In this document: piece by piece, positions 18,381 through 29,588 of the stretch
Numbering within the stretch: the first letter of the stretch is position 1
Layout: each line of letters opens with the position of its first letter
Program-made: the position numbers and the translations under genes
From: an uncultured Steroidobacteraceae bacterium
GTDB taxonomy: Bacteria; Chloroflexota; Limnocylindria; QHBO01
Assembly (NCBI GenBank): GCA_964449915.1
Contig: CAYVCE010000171.1
Coordinates: 1 to 54,995 of the forward strand
DNA length: 54,995 nucleotides
Direction: 5' to 3'
The notes under the pieces: model-generated
Seen by the model: only the letters and a program-made list of their open reading frames with translations
Told to the model about the DNA's origin: nothing
Databases searched by the model: none

Positions 18381-18703
18381 GCGTCGCGCCGGTCGAGCCA
18401 TTCCCCGACGACCGCGGCGGGGAGGCGGGCGTGGAGGCGGCGCGGGCGCGGCTCCGGGCGGCCGGGGTCGAGCCGTACGCATGGAGCAACGGGCCGGGCG
18501 ACCAGTACGCCGAGCACGACCACGACACCGCCAAGCTGCTCATCTGCGCCGAGGGCTCGATCACGTTCCTGGTCGGCAGCGACGCGCTGCCGTTCGAGCT
18601 CCGCGCCGGCGACGGGTTCGTGCTGCCGGCCCGCACCCTGCATGCGGCCGTGGTCGGGCCCGACGGATGCACGTGCCTCGAGGGTCACCGCGTCCGCGAC
18701 TGA
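18377..18703 (+). CDS. cupin-domain protein
   Basis: The GTG overlaps the upstream stop (GTGA at 18377-18380). YAEHDHDTAKLLICAEGSITF and GDGFVLPARTLHAA look like the two cupin motifs. Confidence 0.6.
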   Translation: MSVAPVEPFPDDRGGEAGVEAARARLRAAGVEPYAWSNGPGDQYAEHDHDTAKLLICAEGSITFLVGSDALPFELRAGDGFVLPARTLHAAVVGPDGCTCLEGHRVRD

Positions 18704-19017
18704 CTGGACCCCTTCGGCGGCCGCGCGCCGTGGAGCCGCTGCGCCGCTTCGCGCGCCTCCCGCTCGAACCGGTTGTCGCGGTACCAGCGCTTCCCTGCCC
18801 GACGCGCGCGGATCGAGGCGGCCGCGTAGCGCACCGGAAAGGTCCAGCCGTGGCGCTGCCACTGGCGCACGTGCTCGACCTCGTGCTCGAGCTCTTCCTC
18901 GGACATCGGCCGCCAGGCGAAGATGCGGCGGCCGACCGTGATCGCCAGCCAATCGGCGAGCAGGAGCGAACACGGCCGGCGGAGCCAGGGCCAGACATGG
19001 ACCCGGTGCTCGGTCAT
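18685..19017 (-). CDS. small protein with HExxH motif (DUF4157-like metallopeptidase signature)
   Basis: 110 aa, high GC3. EELEHEVEHVRQWQ contains HEVEH followed by V.Q. ATGA overlap with the upstream GT2 gene (19014-19017). Its 3' end overlaps the cupin gene by 19 nt. Confidence 0.5.
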   Translation of the reverse strand: MTEHRVHVWPWLRRPCSLLLADWLAITVGRRIFAWRPMSEEELEHEVEHVRQWQRHGWTFPVRYAAASIRARRAGKRWYRDNRFEREAREAAQRLHGARPPKGSSQSRTR

Positions 19018-19952
19018 TCGTCGCCGGGGTGGGTGAGCAGGTCCGTCCGATCGCCCCAGTGCTCCAGGAACCGGTAGAAGTTGCGCTTGCTGAGCCGATC
19101 GCGCTCCGTATCCGGCAGCGCGGTCCAGCCGCGATGCTCGTGTCGCTCGAGCGGCAGGGGCTCCGTGCGCAGGGCACGCCAGCCGCGGTCGCGCACGGCG
19201 AAGCTGAAGTCGAGATCGGCGTTGCGATAGAACCGGAAGCGACGGTCGAAGCCGCCCACGGCGCGAAGCGGCTCGCGGCGCACGGCCAGGCAGTAGGCCT
19301 CGATGGCGTCCACCTCGCCGGGCGGGGCCTCGCTGAAGTGGCGAGCGTCCCGGCTGGTGACTCCCCACGGTCCGGCAATCCCGACCGTCGGATCGTCGAA
19401 GGCCGCGAGCAGGGGCGTCACGAAGTCGCCGGTCGGCTCGAGCGACGTGTCGAGCATGATCGTCACCTCGCCCCGTGAGCGGCGCAGGCCGAGCGTGCGC
19501 GCATCGGCCCAGCCGAGGCGGCGATCGGCGCGCAGGACGACCGGCGGCACCGACCCGGCGCCGCCGATGATCGGCTCGAGCTCGAAGGTCGGGGCATTGG
19601 CCACCACGACCAGCTCCCAGCCGACGCGTGGCGGGTGCTTCGCGATCCCGGCCAGCGCCCGCCGCATGTCGTCGCCGTGGTCGTCGGCGAGAACCTGGAG
19701 CGAGGCCGCGACCGTTGCCGGCTGGTCGAGGAGCGACGCCAGGTCGCCGTGATCGGCATAGCCGGTGGGCGCCGGCGTGTCCGGCAGCAGCGGTCGGGCC
19801 GTCGAGCGACCCGCGCTGTCCTGGACCTCCCAGCCGAGGGCAGCGATCCGATCGCGCAGCTCGTCGGCTCGCGCCCAGTCCCGCGAGGCGCGCGCCTCGG
19901 AGCGCTCGGCGAGCAGGTCGCGGACGTCATCGGGTGGGGAATGGGGAGGCAT
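19014..19952 (-). CDS. glycosyltransferase family 2 with an N-terminal CysRS-C-terminal-like helical motif
   Basis: N-terminus LLAERSEARASRDWARADELRDRIAALGWEVQD resembles the extreme C-terminus of cysteinyl-tRNA synthetases. The rest is GT2-like (VVVANAP, IMLDTSLEP, FYRNADLDFSFA). Confidence 0.7.
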   Translation of the reverse strand: MPPHSPPDDVRDLLAERSEARASRDWARADELRDRIAALGWEVQDSAGRSTARPLLPDTPAPTGYADHGDLASLLDQPATVAASLQVLADDHGDDMRRALAGIAKHPPRVGWELVVVANAPTFELEPIIGGAGSVPPVVLRADRRLGWADARTLGLRRSRGEVTIMLDTSLEPTGDFVTPLLAAFDDPTVGIAGPWGVTSRDARHFSEAPPGEVDAIEAYCLAVRREPLRAVGGFDRRFRFYRNADLDFSFAVRDRGWRALRTEPLPLERHEHRGWTALPDTERDRLSKRNFYRFLEHWGDRTDLLTHPGDE

Positions 19953-20100
19953 GAACGGAAGTACTCCTGCCGCGGCCCGAACGTACCGGGCGGGTCGATG
20001 GCACCGCAACCTTACTATCCGACCACGAGCCGAACTGACCGCACCTGCCCGGTGCGACCCGGCCGACCAGTGCCCATACAGAGGGTCCAGGTACGAACCG

Positions 20101-20286
20101 ATGATGACGAACGAGGTCGGGAAGCTCCTGACGGCGGCCGAAGTGGCCGAGATGCTGCACCTGCACGTGAACACGGTCAAGCGCCTGGGCGATCGGGGCG
20201 AGCTCCCGTTCTTCCGGGTCTGCAAGCGCGGCGACCGCAGGTTCCGCTACGACGACGTGCTCGATTTCCTGCGGCGCGCCAAGTAG
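20101..20286 (+). CDS. helix-turn-helix DNA-binding protein (excisionase/MerR-superfamily type)
   Basis: 61 aa. LLTAAEVAEMLHLHVNTVKRLGDRGELPFFRV...RFRYDDVLDFL is the typical excisionase-family HTH pattern. Confidence 0.7.
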   Translation: MMTNEVGKLLTAAEVAEMLHLHVNTVKRLGDRGELPFFRVCKRGDRRFRYDDVLDFLRRAK

Positions 20287-20345
20287 CGAACCGCTTCACA
20301 TGCGCCCGGCTGGTCCGGGTGGCGCCTCCTGCCAGGGGGCTTCGC

Positions 20346-20380
20346 AACGACCGCCGAGGTGCCTATTCTCGGCGGTCGTT
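20346..20380 (+). terminator. strong hairpin downstream of the HTH gene (possible U-tail-less terminator)
   Basis: Perfect 13-bp stem AACGACCGCCGAG / CTCGGCGGTCGTT with a 9-nt loop. Not followed by a T-run. Confidence 0.35.
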
Positions 20381-20406
20381 CGCGTGTGCCGCATAATCGG
20401 CCGCGC

Positions 20407-21576
20407 ATGAGTGACGAACCCCAGCCGCAGCTCGACGAGGCACGCCGCCTCCTCGATTCGGGCGACCCCGAGGCGGCCATCCCGATCCTCGAGCCCCTGA
20501 CCCGCAACTCGGACGCCGACGTCGCCAGCGAGGCGTGGCTGCTGATCGGCACCGCGCGCTACCGCGCCGACGACGAGCCCGGTGCGCAGATCGCCTGGCA
20601 GGAGTCGGCCAACGCCGGCGGCTCGACCGCGTGGCTCGGCTGGCGCAGCGTTGCCGAGCAGCAGGTCCGCGACGGCGACCTCGAGCTGGCCATCACCTCG
20701 TACCGCGAGGCGGACCGCCGGGCGCCGCCCGCCGAACGTGGCCCGATCGCCAATCGCATCGCGTGGCTGCTCAAGGAGACAGGCCACGACTTCGCGGCGC
20801 GGCGCCAGTTCAACCGGGCTCGCGGCGCCTACGCCACGTACTCCGCCGTCGTGACGTACGCGATCATCGCCATGTGCGCCGTCGCGTTCGGGGTCGACGT
20901 GATCCTGAGCGGGGGCGCCACGCTCCAGGGTGGGCTGTTCGGGGGCGGCGTGGGGCCGCTGGGCGAGGACCACCTGATCAACGCCGAGCTCGTCCGACGC
21001 GGCGAGTGGTGGCGGATCATCACCAGCGCCTTCATCCACCTCGGCCCGATCCACCTGGCCTTCAACATGTACGTCCTGTACCTGTACGGACAGGTCGCCG
21101 AGCGCATGTACGGGCATGTCGAGTACGCGGCGATCTACCTGCTGTGTGCCGCCGGCGCGAGCGTGCTGACCATCCTGGTCGACCGCACCCAGTTCGCGGC
21201 TGGGGCGTCCGGCGCGGTCTTCGGCGTCATCGGGCTCCTGTTCGTCGTTTCGCGGCGGCACCATGCGGTGCTCGGGCGCGAGGCGCGCAGCATGGTTGCC
21301 GGCATCGGCACCTACCTCGTGTTCATGCTCGTCTTCACGTTCGCCGTGCCGCGGATCAGCTGGACGGGGCACCTGGGCGGGCTGATCGTCGGCGCGCTCA
21401 TCGGCTTCCTGCTGCCGCCGACCGGGGTCGAGACGCTGGGCGGCATGTGGCGCACGCCGACCGGCGAGCGGCTGACGGGTGCCATGCCGCGTCGGCTGCG
21501 CGCGGCGGTCTACGCGGGCGTGCTGGTCATGCTCGTGATCGGCTCGTACGTCGCCGTCGGCGTCCTGCTCGGTTGA
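20407..21576 (+). CDS. rhomboid-family intramembrane serine protease with N-terminal TPR-like region
   Basis: WWRIITSAFIHLGPIHLAFNM, GASGAVFGVIG (catalytic Ser) and GHLGGLIVG (catalytic His). CATAAT at 20392-20397 lies 9 nt before the ATG, suggesting a near-leaderless mRNA. Confidence 0.85.
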   Translation: MSDEPQPQLDEARRLLDSGDPEAAIPILEPLTRNSDADVASEAWLLIGTARYRADDEPGAQIAWQESANAGGSTAWLGWRSVAEQQVRDGDLELAITSYREADRRAPPAERGPIANRIAWLLKETGHDFAARRQFNRARGAYATYSAVVTYAIIAMCAVAFGVDVILSGGATLQGGLFGGGVGPLGEDHLINAELVRRGEWWRIITSAFIHLGPIHLAFNMYVLYLYGQVAERMYGHVEYAAIYLLCAAGASVLTILVDRTQFAAGASGAVFGVIGLLFVVSRRHHAVLGREARSMVAGIGTYLVFMLVFTFAVPRISWTGHLGGLIVGALIGFLLPPTGVETLGGMWRTPTGERLTGAMPRRLRAAVYAGVLVMLVIGSYVAVGVLLG

Positions 21577-21619
21577 CCGATGGCGCGTCGCGCGCCTAGG
21601 ATGCCGCTCCAACCGAACA

Positions 21620-21830
21620 TGGCATCGACCGGGACGAGACCCGATGGACGGCCCTGCGAGCGAGCCGGGATGGTGAGAGCCGGCAGGGACCGCATCGGCG
21701 CATGGACCCCGTGAGCCTCGGACCGGCCCTCCGTTAGCCCGGGCCAGCAGAGTGTGGGCCGCCTGATCGGCCCGAACGAGTGTGGCACCGCGGATGAACG
21801 CCTCCGTCTCTCGAGATGGAGGCGTTGCGC
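21620..21830 (+). promoter_or_regulatory. T-box leader, Trp specifier (UGG)
   Basis: Stem I has tandem GA pairs (21627-28 with 21713-14), an AG-bulge-like CGAGCGAG (21657-21664) and a distal loop GAUGGUGAGAG (21669-21679). Specifier UGG at 21703-21705 is followed by A. Stem III spans 21756-21773. T-box sequence GAGUGUGGCACCGCGG is at 21778-21793. A 14-bp hairpin at 21797-21826 competes with an antiterminator (GAG/CUC plus CGGA/UCCG). Confidence 0.6.
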
Positions 21831-21853
21831 ATGCCCGGACCAGGAAGGGACCG

Positions 21854-22905
21854 ATGGGGACGACCGACGACCAGACCGGCGAGCACCGCCCGGCCGTCCG
21901 CGCCGCGGTCGAGCTGGTGGCGGCCGGCGCGGTGATGCCGGCGCCGCTGGCCGAGGCGGCGATGGACGAGCTCATGGACGGCACAGCGCCGGCGACGCAG
22001 GTGGCGGCGCTGCTGGCCATGCTCCGCGTCCGCGGCGAGACGCCCGAGGAGCTTGCCGCCTTCGCGCGCGTCATGCGCGTCCGCGCCGTCCGCGTGACGG
22101 CACCGGACGGCGCCGTCGACCTGTGCGGCACCGGCGCCGATGGGGCGGGCACGTTCAACATCTCGACCCTGGCCGCGTTCGTGGTGGCCGGCGCCGGAGT
22201 CCCGGTCGCCAAGCACGGCAACCGCGCGGTCACCAGCCGTTGTGGCTCTGCCGACGTGATCGAGGCGCTCGGGATCGCCCTCGACCCCGGGCCCGAGGCG
22301 GTGGCGCGGCGCATCGGCGAGATCGGCTTCGGCTTCATCTTCGCGCCGGCCTATCACCCGGCCATGAAGCACGCCATGCCGATCCGCCGCGAGCTCCCGA
22401 TCCGCACGTCGTTCAACCTGCTCGGACCCATCAGCTCGCCGGCCGGGGTGCGTCGTCAGCTCCTCGGCGTCGCCGAGGAGCGGCTGCTGCCGCTCATGGC
22501 CGGCGCGCTGGCACGGCTGGACACCGATCGCGCCCTCGTCGTGCACTCCGGCGACGGCCTCGACGAGCTCTCGCTTGCGGGCCCCAACCGCGCCATGCTG
22601 GTCGAGGGACGCATGGTCGGTGAGCTCGAGATCGATCCCGGCTCGCTCGGCCTGCGGCGCGCGTCGCGCGATGCCCTGGCCGGCGGCGACGCGCAGCTCA
22701 ACAGCGCCATCGCCCTCAGCGTGCTGGGCGGCGAGCCGGGAGCCGCCCGGGACGTGGTGCTGCTCAATGCCGGCGCCGCGCTGTACGTGGCGGGCCGGGT
22801 GTCCGACATCGGCGAGGGCGTCGCGATGGCGGCCGAGGCGATCGACTCGGGTGCCGCCGCCGGGGTCGTCGAAGCCTCCGCGCGCCACGTGGACGCGGGG
22901 CGCTC

Positions 22906-22909
<4 letters not shown>
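21854..22909 (+). CDS. trpD: anthranilate phosphoribosyltransferase
   Basis: [67 protein letters not shown] precedes the ATG at 21854. Confidence 0.9.
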
Positions 22910-25568
<2,659 letters not shown>

Positions 25569-25572
<4 letters not shown>

Positions 25573-26378
25573 GCGGCGCCGAGCGCATCCGCGCCTCCTT
25601 CGAAGCCGCCGCGGCCGACGGGCGAACGGCGCTCATCGCCTACATCCTGTCGGGCTACCCCTCGCAGACCGATGCGCTCGCCGCCGCCGAGGCGGCGCTC
25701 GCGGCCGGGGCCGACATGCTGGAGATCGGCGTGCCGTTCAGCGATCCGATGGCCGACGGGCCGACGATCGCCGAGGCCGGCCGCGCCTCGCTGGCGGCGG
25801 GAGGTGGACTGGCCTCCGCGATGGCGCTCGTCGCGCAGCTCCGCGACCGTGGCCACCGGCAGCCGCTGATGGCGATGACCTACCTCAACCCGCTGCTGGC
25901 CGGGGGCGCCCCGGCGACGCTGCGCGCGCTGCGCGACGCGGGCGCCGACGGGCTGATCGTGCCCGATCTCCCGGCCGGCGCCGATCCGCGGCTGGAGCGC
26001 CTGGCGGCGGCCCTCGGGCTGGCCTGTTCGTTCCTCGTCGCGCCCAACACGCCGGCGGAGCGGATCGATGCCGCCGTCGCCGCCTCGACCGGGTTCGTCT
26101 ATGTCGTCCCCCTGTTCGGCGTGACCGGCGCGCGCGCGTCGCTGGCGGCTGGCGCCCGCCGGCTCATCGCGTCGGTGCGCGCGCGGGCCGCCGGCCGCGT
26201 GCCGGTGGCTGCCGGCTTCGGGCTGCAGACCGCGTCCCAGGTGGCCGAGCTGGCGCCGGTCGCCGATGGGCTCATCGTCGGTTCTGCGCTGGTTGCCGCG
26301 TTGCGCGACGGCGGGGCGGCTCGGATGGGGGAGCTGGTTCGCTCGCTGGCGGCAGGGACGGTGCGCGCCCAGGCGTGA
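25569..26378 (+). CDS. trpA: tryptophan synthase alpha chain
   Basis: [46 protein letters not shown] and GFVYVV....GVTG motifs. ATG at 25569 overlaps the TrpB stop. Confidence 0.9.
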
Positions 26379-26404
26379 GCGCAGGCACGCGACGTGCGAG
26401 GATC

Positions 26405-27175
26405 GTGCGCGTGTGCTTCGCAACCGACGCCCGACCACCGCTGCCGCCGATCCGTGGCGGCGCCCTCGACGCCCGCAGGGTCAGCCTCACCAGCCGCGAC
26501 GGCACCACGGTGCCCGCCCACGCGGCCCTGGCCGATGCGCCAGCCGGCGCCGGCATCGTGATCATCCCCGACGTGCGCGGCCTGCACCCGTACTACGAGG
26601 AGCTCACCCTGCGCTTCGCCGAGGCCGGCGTGCACGCGGTGGCAGTCGACCTGTTCGGACGCACGGCCGAGTCGTCGAGCCGCGGCGAGGGGTTCGAGCA
26701 CGAGCCGCACGTCATGGCGCTCACCGCCCGGGGCGTCATGGACGATGTCGCCGCCGCGGTCGCCTACCTGCGCTCGCCCGAGGGTGGTGCACCCGAGCGC
26801 GCCTACACCACCGGTTTCTGCCTGGGCGGGCGCATCAGCTTCCTGCAGGCCGGGGCGGGCCTCGGGCTCGACGGCGTGATCGGCCTCTACGGTTGGCCGG
26901 CAGGTCCCCATCGCACCGGGCTGCCGTCGCCCACCGACGAGGCGGCTCGCGTTGCCTGTCCGGTGCTCGCTATCTACGGCGGCGCCGACCATGGCATCCC
27001 GCCCGAGGTGCGCAACGCCTTCGATCACGCCCTGGACACCGCGGGCGCCGACCATCGCACGGTCGTCTACGAGGGCGCCCCGCACTCCTTCTTCGACCGC
27101 AAGGCGACCGAGTTCGCGGACGCCAGCGCCGGGGCGTGGGACGAGATGCTGCGGTTCATGAAGGTCATCGCCTAG
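26405..27175 (+). CDS. dienelactone hydrolase family protein
   Basis: GIVIIPDVRGLHPYYEELTLRFAEAG, GFCLGG nucleophile elbow, PVLAIYGGADHGIP, GAPHSFFD. GTG at 26405 (26411 is an alternative). Confidence 0.8.
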   Translation: MRVCFATDARPPLPPIRGGALDARRVSLTSRDGTTVPAHAALADAPAGAGIVIIPDVRGLHPYYEELTLRFAEAGVHAVAVDLFGRTAESSSRGEGFEHEPHVMALTARGVMDDVAAAVAYLRSPEGGAPERAYTTGFCLGGRISFLQAGAGLGLDGVIGLYGWPAGPHRTGLPSPTDEAARVACPVLAIYGGADHGIPPEVRNAFDHALDTAGADHRTVVYEGAPHSFFDRKATEFADASAGAWDEMLRFMKVIA

Positions 27176-27208
27176 CCTCCATACCGTCCGGGCGCATCGG
27201 CGAGGAGG

Positions 27209-28099
27209 TCAGGCGCCGACCGGCGTGCGCTCCTGGCCGGCGGACCGGGCCTCCGACGGCCTGACCGGCCGGGTGTAGAAGTAGAGCACGACCACGACGT
27301 AGGCCAGCCACGCGGCGAGCGTGATCCACTCCGGCGTGCTCGAGTAGCCGACGAGGGCGCGGAGGATCGATCCGACGACGCCCATCGGGCCGGCCTCGGG
27401 GTCGTGCGGCAGGACGGAGCTGATGTCGAAGGCCGTCGCGGTTCCATACGTGATCCAGCCCGCCTCGATGAACTCGTGCACGGCGTGCGACAGCAGTCCG
27501 GCCGCGATGAAGATCAGCGCGATGCCCGTCCACGCGAAGAACGTGCGCAGGTTGACGATCCGTGCGCCGCGGTACAGCCCGTAGCCGATCGCCACCGCGA
27601 GCGCCAGGCCGATGATGGCGCCGACCAGCGTGCTGGTCGCCTCCGTGCCGGCGGCCGTCGCCTGGCCCATGAGGAAGAGAGCCGTCTCGATGCCTTCACG
27701 AATGACGGCCGTGAAGGCCAGGATCGCCAGGCCGAAGACGCTGCCCTCGACGAGGGCCCGATCGACGCCGGCGTGCAGCGTGCCCTTGATGTTTGCCGAC
27801 GTGCGACGCATCCAGAACAGCATCCACGTCACCACCGTCGCCGCCACGATCATGGCGAAGCCCTCGAAGATCTGCTCCGCCGGCTCCTCAAAGCCGCCGA
27901 TCGTGACGAACAGCAGCACACCGATGGCGGTGCTCAGGGCGACAGCGACGCCCGCGCCCAGCCAGATCTTGCCGAAGTGGCGTTGGTTTCCGGTCTTGGC
28001 GAGGTACGCGAGGATGATGCTCACGATCAGCGCCGCTTCGACGCCCTCGCGCAACCCTGTGAGGAGGCCGGTCGCCAGGAAGCCGAGGTCCAACGTCAT
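27209..28099 (-). CDS. FTR1-family high-affinity iron permease (EfeU-like)
   Basis: Two REXXE motifs (LREGVEAAL and IREGIETAL) in a 7-helix membrane protein. Confidence 0.85.
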   Translation of the reverse strand: MTLDLGFLATGLLTGLREGVEAALIVSIILAYLAKTGNQRHFGKIWLGAGVAVALSTAIGVLLFVTIGGFEEPAEQIFEGFAMIVAATVVTWMLFWMRRTSANIKGTLHAGVDRALVEGSVFGLAILAFTAVIREGIETALFLMGQATAAGTEATSTLVGAIIGLALAVAIGYGLYRGARIVNLRTFFAWTGIALIFIAAGLLSHAVHEFIEAGWITYGTATAFDISSVLPHDPEAGPMGVVGSILRALVGYSSTPEWITLAAWLAYVVVVLYFYTRPVRPSEARSAGQERTPVGA

Positions 28100-28149
28100 A
28101 CTCCCGTGCTGCGGCCGCCCCCCGGGCGGGGAGTCCGACGCCGCGCGAG

Positions 28150-28165
28150 GTAAGGCTAGCCTTAC
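28150..28165. promoter_or_regulatory. perfect 16-bp palindrome GTAAGGCTAGCCTTAC (candidate operator)
   Basis: Read directly from the sequence. Lies in the 223-nt divergent gap between the FTR1 permease and the acyl-CoA dehydrogenase. Confidence 0.35.
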
Positions 28166-28322
28166 GTCATTCCTTCGTCAACCCGAATCACCGATGAGAA
28201 GGTCAGGATTGCCGAGCGTGGAGGACGAGCGGCGTCCGGGTGTCGGATCGGGACGGTTGCCGCCCGCGGGGCGCATCGGTCTAGAATCTGGCTTCCCGCC
28301 CCACGACTCCGACGGAGACCCG

Positions 28323-29519
28323 ATGATCGACTTTTCGCTGACCGATGCGCAGCGCGAGGTGCAGCGCACCGCGCGCGCCTTCGCCGAGCGCGAGATCCTG
28401 CCGCGCATCCAGCAGATGGACGCGCGGGCCGAGTACGACCGCTCCCTGTACGAGAAGATGGGCGCCGCAGGGCTCCTGGGCCTCCCGATCCCCGAGCAGT
28501 ACGGTGGGGCGGGCATGGACTACATCGCCTTCGCCCTGCTGTGCGAGGAGATGGAGCGCGCCGACACCGCGTTCCGCGTCATCCTGTCGGTCCATACCGG
28601 GCTCAACTCGCTGACGTTGCTCCAGTGGGGGAGCGAGGAGCAGAAGCAGCGCTACCTCGTGCCGCAGGCGCGGGGAGAGAAGCTCGCCACGTTCGGGCTG
28701 ACGGAGCCGGGCGTCGGCTCGGACGCTGCCAACCTGGCCACCACCGCGCGCCGCGACGGGGATCGCTACCTCCTCAACGGCTCCAAGATCTGGATCAGCC
28801 TGGCCGACACGGCCGACCACTTCCTGGTCTTCGCCACCGTCGATCGCTCTCAGGGACACAGGGGCATCACCGCCTTCATCGTCGAGCGGTCCTTTCCCGG
28901 CTTCAGCAGCGAGTCGCTGCACGGCAAGCTCGGCGTGCGAGCCGGCAACACCGGCATCCTGACCTTCAGCGACTGCGAGGTGCCGGCCGCCAACCGGGTC
29001 GGGGAGGAGGGCGAGGGCTTCACGATCGCGATGAGCGCCATCGACCAGGGCCGCTACACGGTGGCGGCCGGATCGGTGGGGCTGGCGCAGGCGTGCCTCG
29101 ACGCATCGGTCAAGTACGCGCACGAGCGCAAGGCGTTCGGCTCCGAGATCGGCGAGCACCAGCTGGTCAAGCAGATGCTCTCGAAGATGTATGCCGGCAT
29201 CGAGGCGGGCCGGCTGCTCGTCTGGAAGGCCGGCTGGAAGAAGAACCGCGGCGAGCGGAACACCCGCGAGACGGGCCTCGCCAAGTGGTTCTGCACCGAT
29301 CACGCCGTTGCATCCGCCCTCGACGCGATCCAGATCCACGGCGCCTACGGCTACTCGAACGAGTATCCCGTGGAGCGCTACCTGCGCAATTCCAAAGGCT
29401 CGGTGATCTACGAGGGCACGTCGCAGATCCACACCCTGATGCAGGCCGACTACCTGCTCGGGTACCGGAAGGACAAGCAGCTGCGCATGCCGCAGCCTGC
29501 GTACGAAGGCGAGATGTAG
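28323..29519 (+). CDS. acyl-CoA dehydrogenase
   Basis: 398 aa. FGLTEPGVGSDA, GSKIWISLA, ITAFIVE, YEGTSQIHTLM. ATG at 28323 after GACGGAGA. Confidence 0.9.
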   Translation: MIDFSLTDAQREVQRTARAFAEREILPRIQQMDARAEYDRSLYEKMGAAGLLGLPIPEQYGGAGMDYIAFALLCEEMERADTAFRVILSVHTGLNSLTLLQWGSEEQKQRYLVPQARGEKLATFGLTEPGVGSDAANLATTARRDGDRYLLNGSKIWISLADTADHFLVFATVDRSQGHRGITAFIVERSFPGFSSESLHGKLGVRAGNTGILTFSDCEVPAANRVGEEGEGFTIAMSAIDQGRYTVAAGSVGLAQACLDASVKYAHERKAFGSEIGEHQLVKQMLSKMYAGIEAGRLLVWKAGWKKNRGERNTRETGLAKWFCTDHAVASALDAIQIHGAYGYSNEYPVERYLRNSKGSVIYEGTSQIHTLMQADYLLGYRKDKQLRMPQPAYEGEM

Positions 29520-29588
29520 CGCGGCGTGAAACCACGTTCGGTGGAGCGCGGCGAGCACCGTTTCCACCATCCTCCGCCACCAGCGACG

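Noticed and set aside
5248-18482. Other long shadow ORFs, e.g. 5248..7026 (-), 6046..7362 (+), 8646..11024 (+), 14724..16181 (-), 16245..18482 (-)
   Set aside because: Same reasoning: no recognisable domains, extreme Arg/Pro/Gly content, and each is fully covered by a motif-bearing gene in another frame.
20101-20286. Excisionase-type HTH gene as evidence of a prophage or integrative element
   Set aside because: It stands alone between a GT2 gene and a rhomboid protease gene. There are no integrase, repressor or structural genes, and the neighbours have host-like composition.
21831-21938. An ATG at 21831, placed 8 nt after the GGAGG in the T-box hairpin, as the trpD start or a leader peptide
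   Set aside because: It is out of frame with trpD and gives a 35-codon Arg/Pro-rich ORF with no Trp-codon run. The in-frame ATG at 21854 with its own SD fits the usual TrpD N-terminal length.
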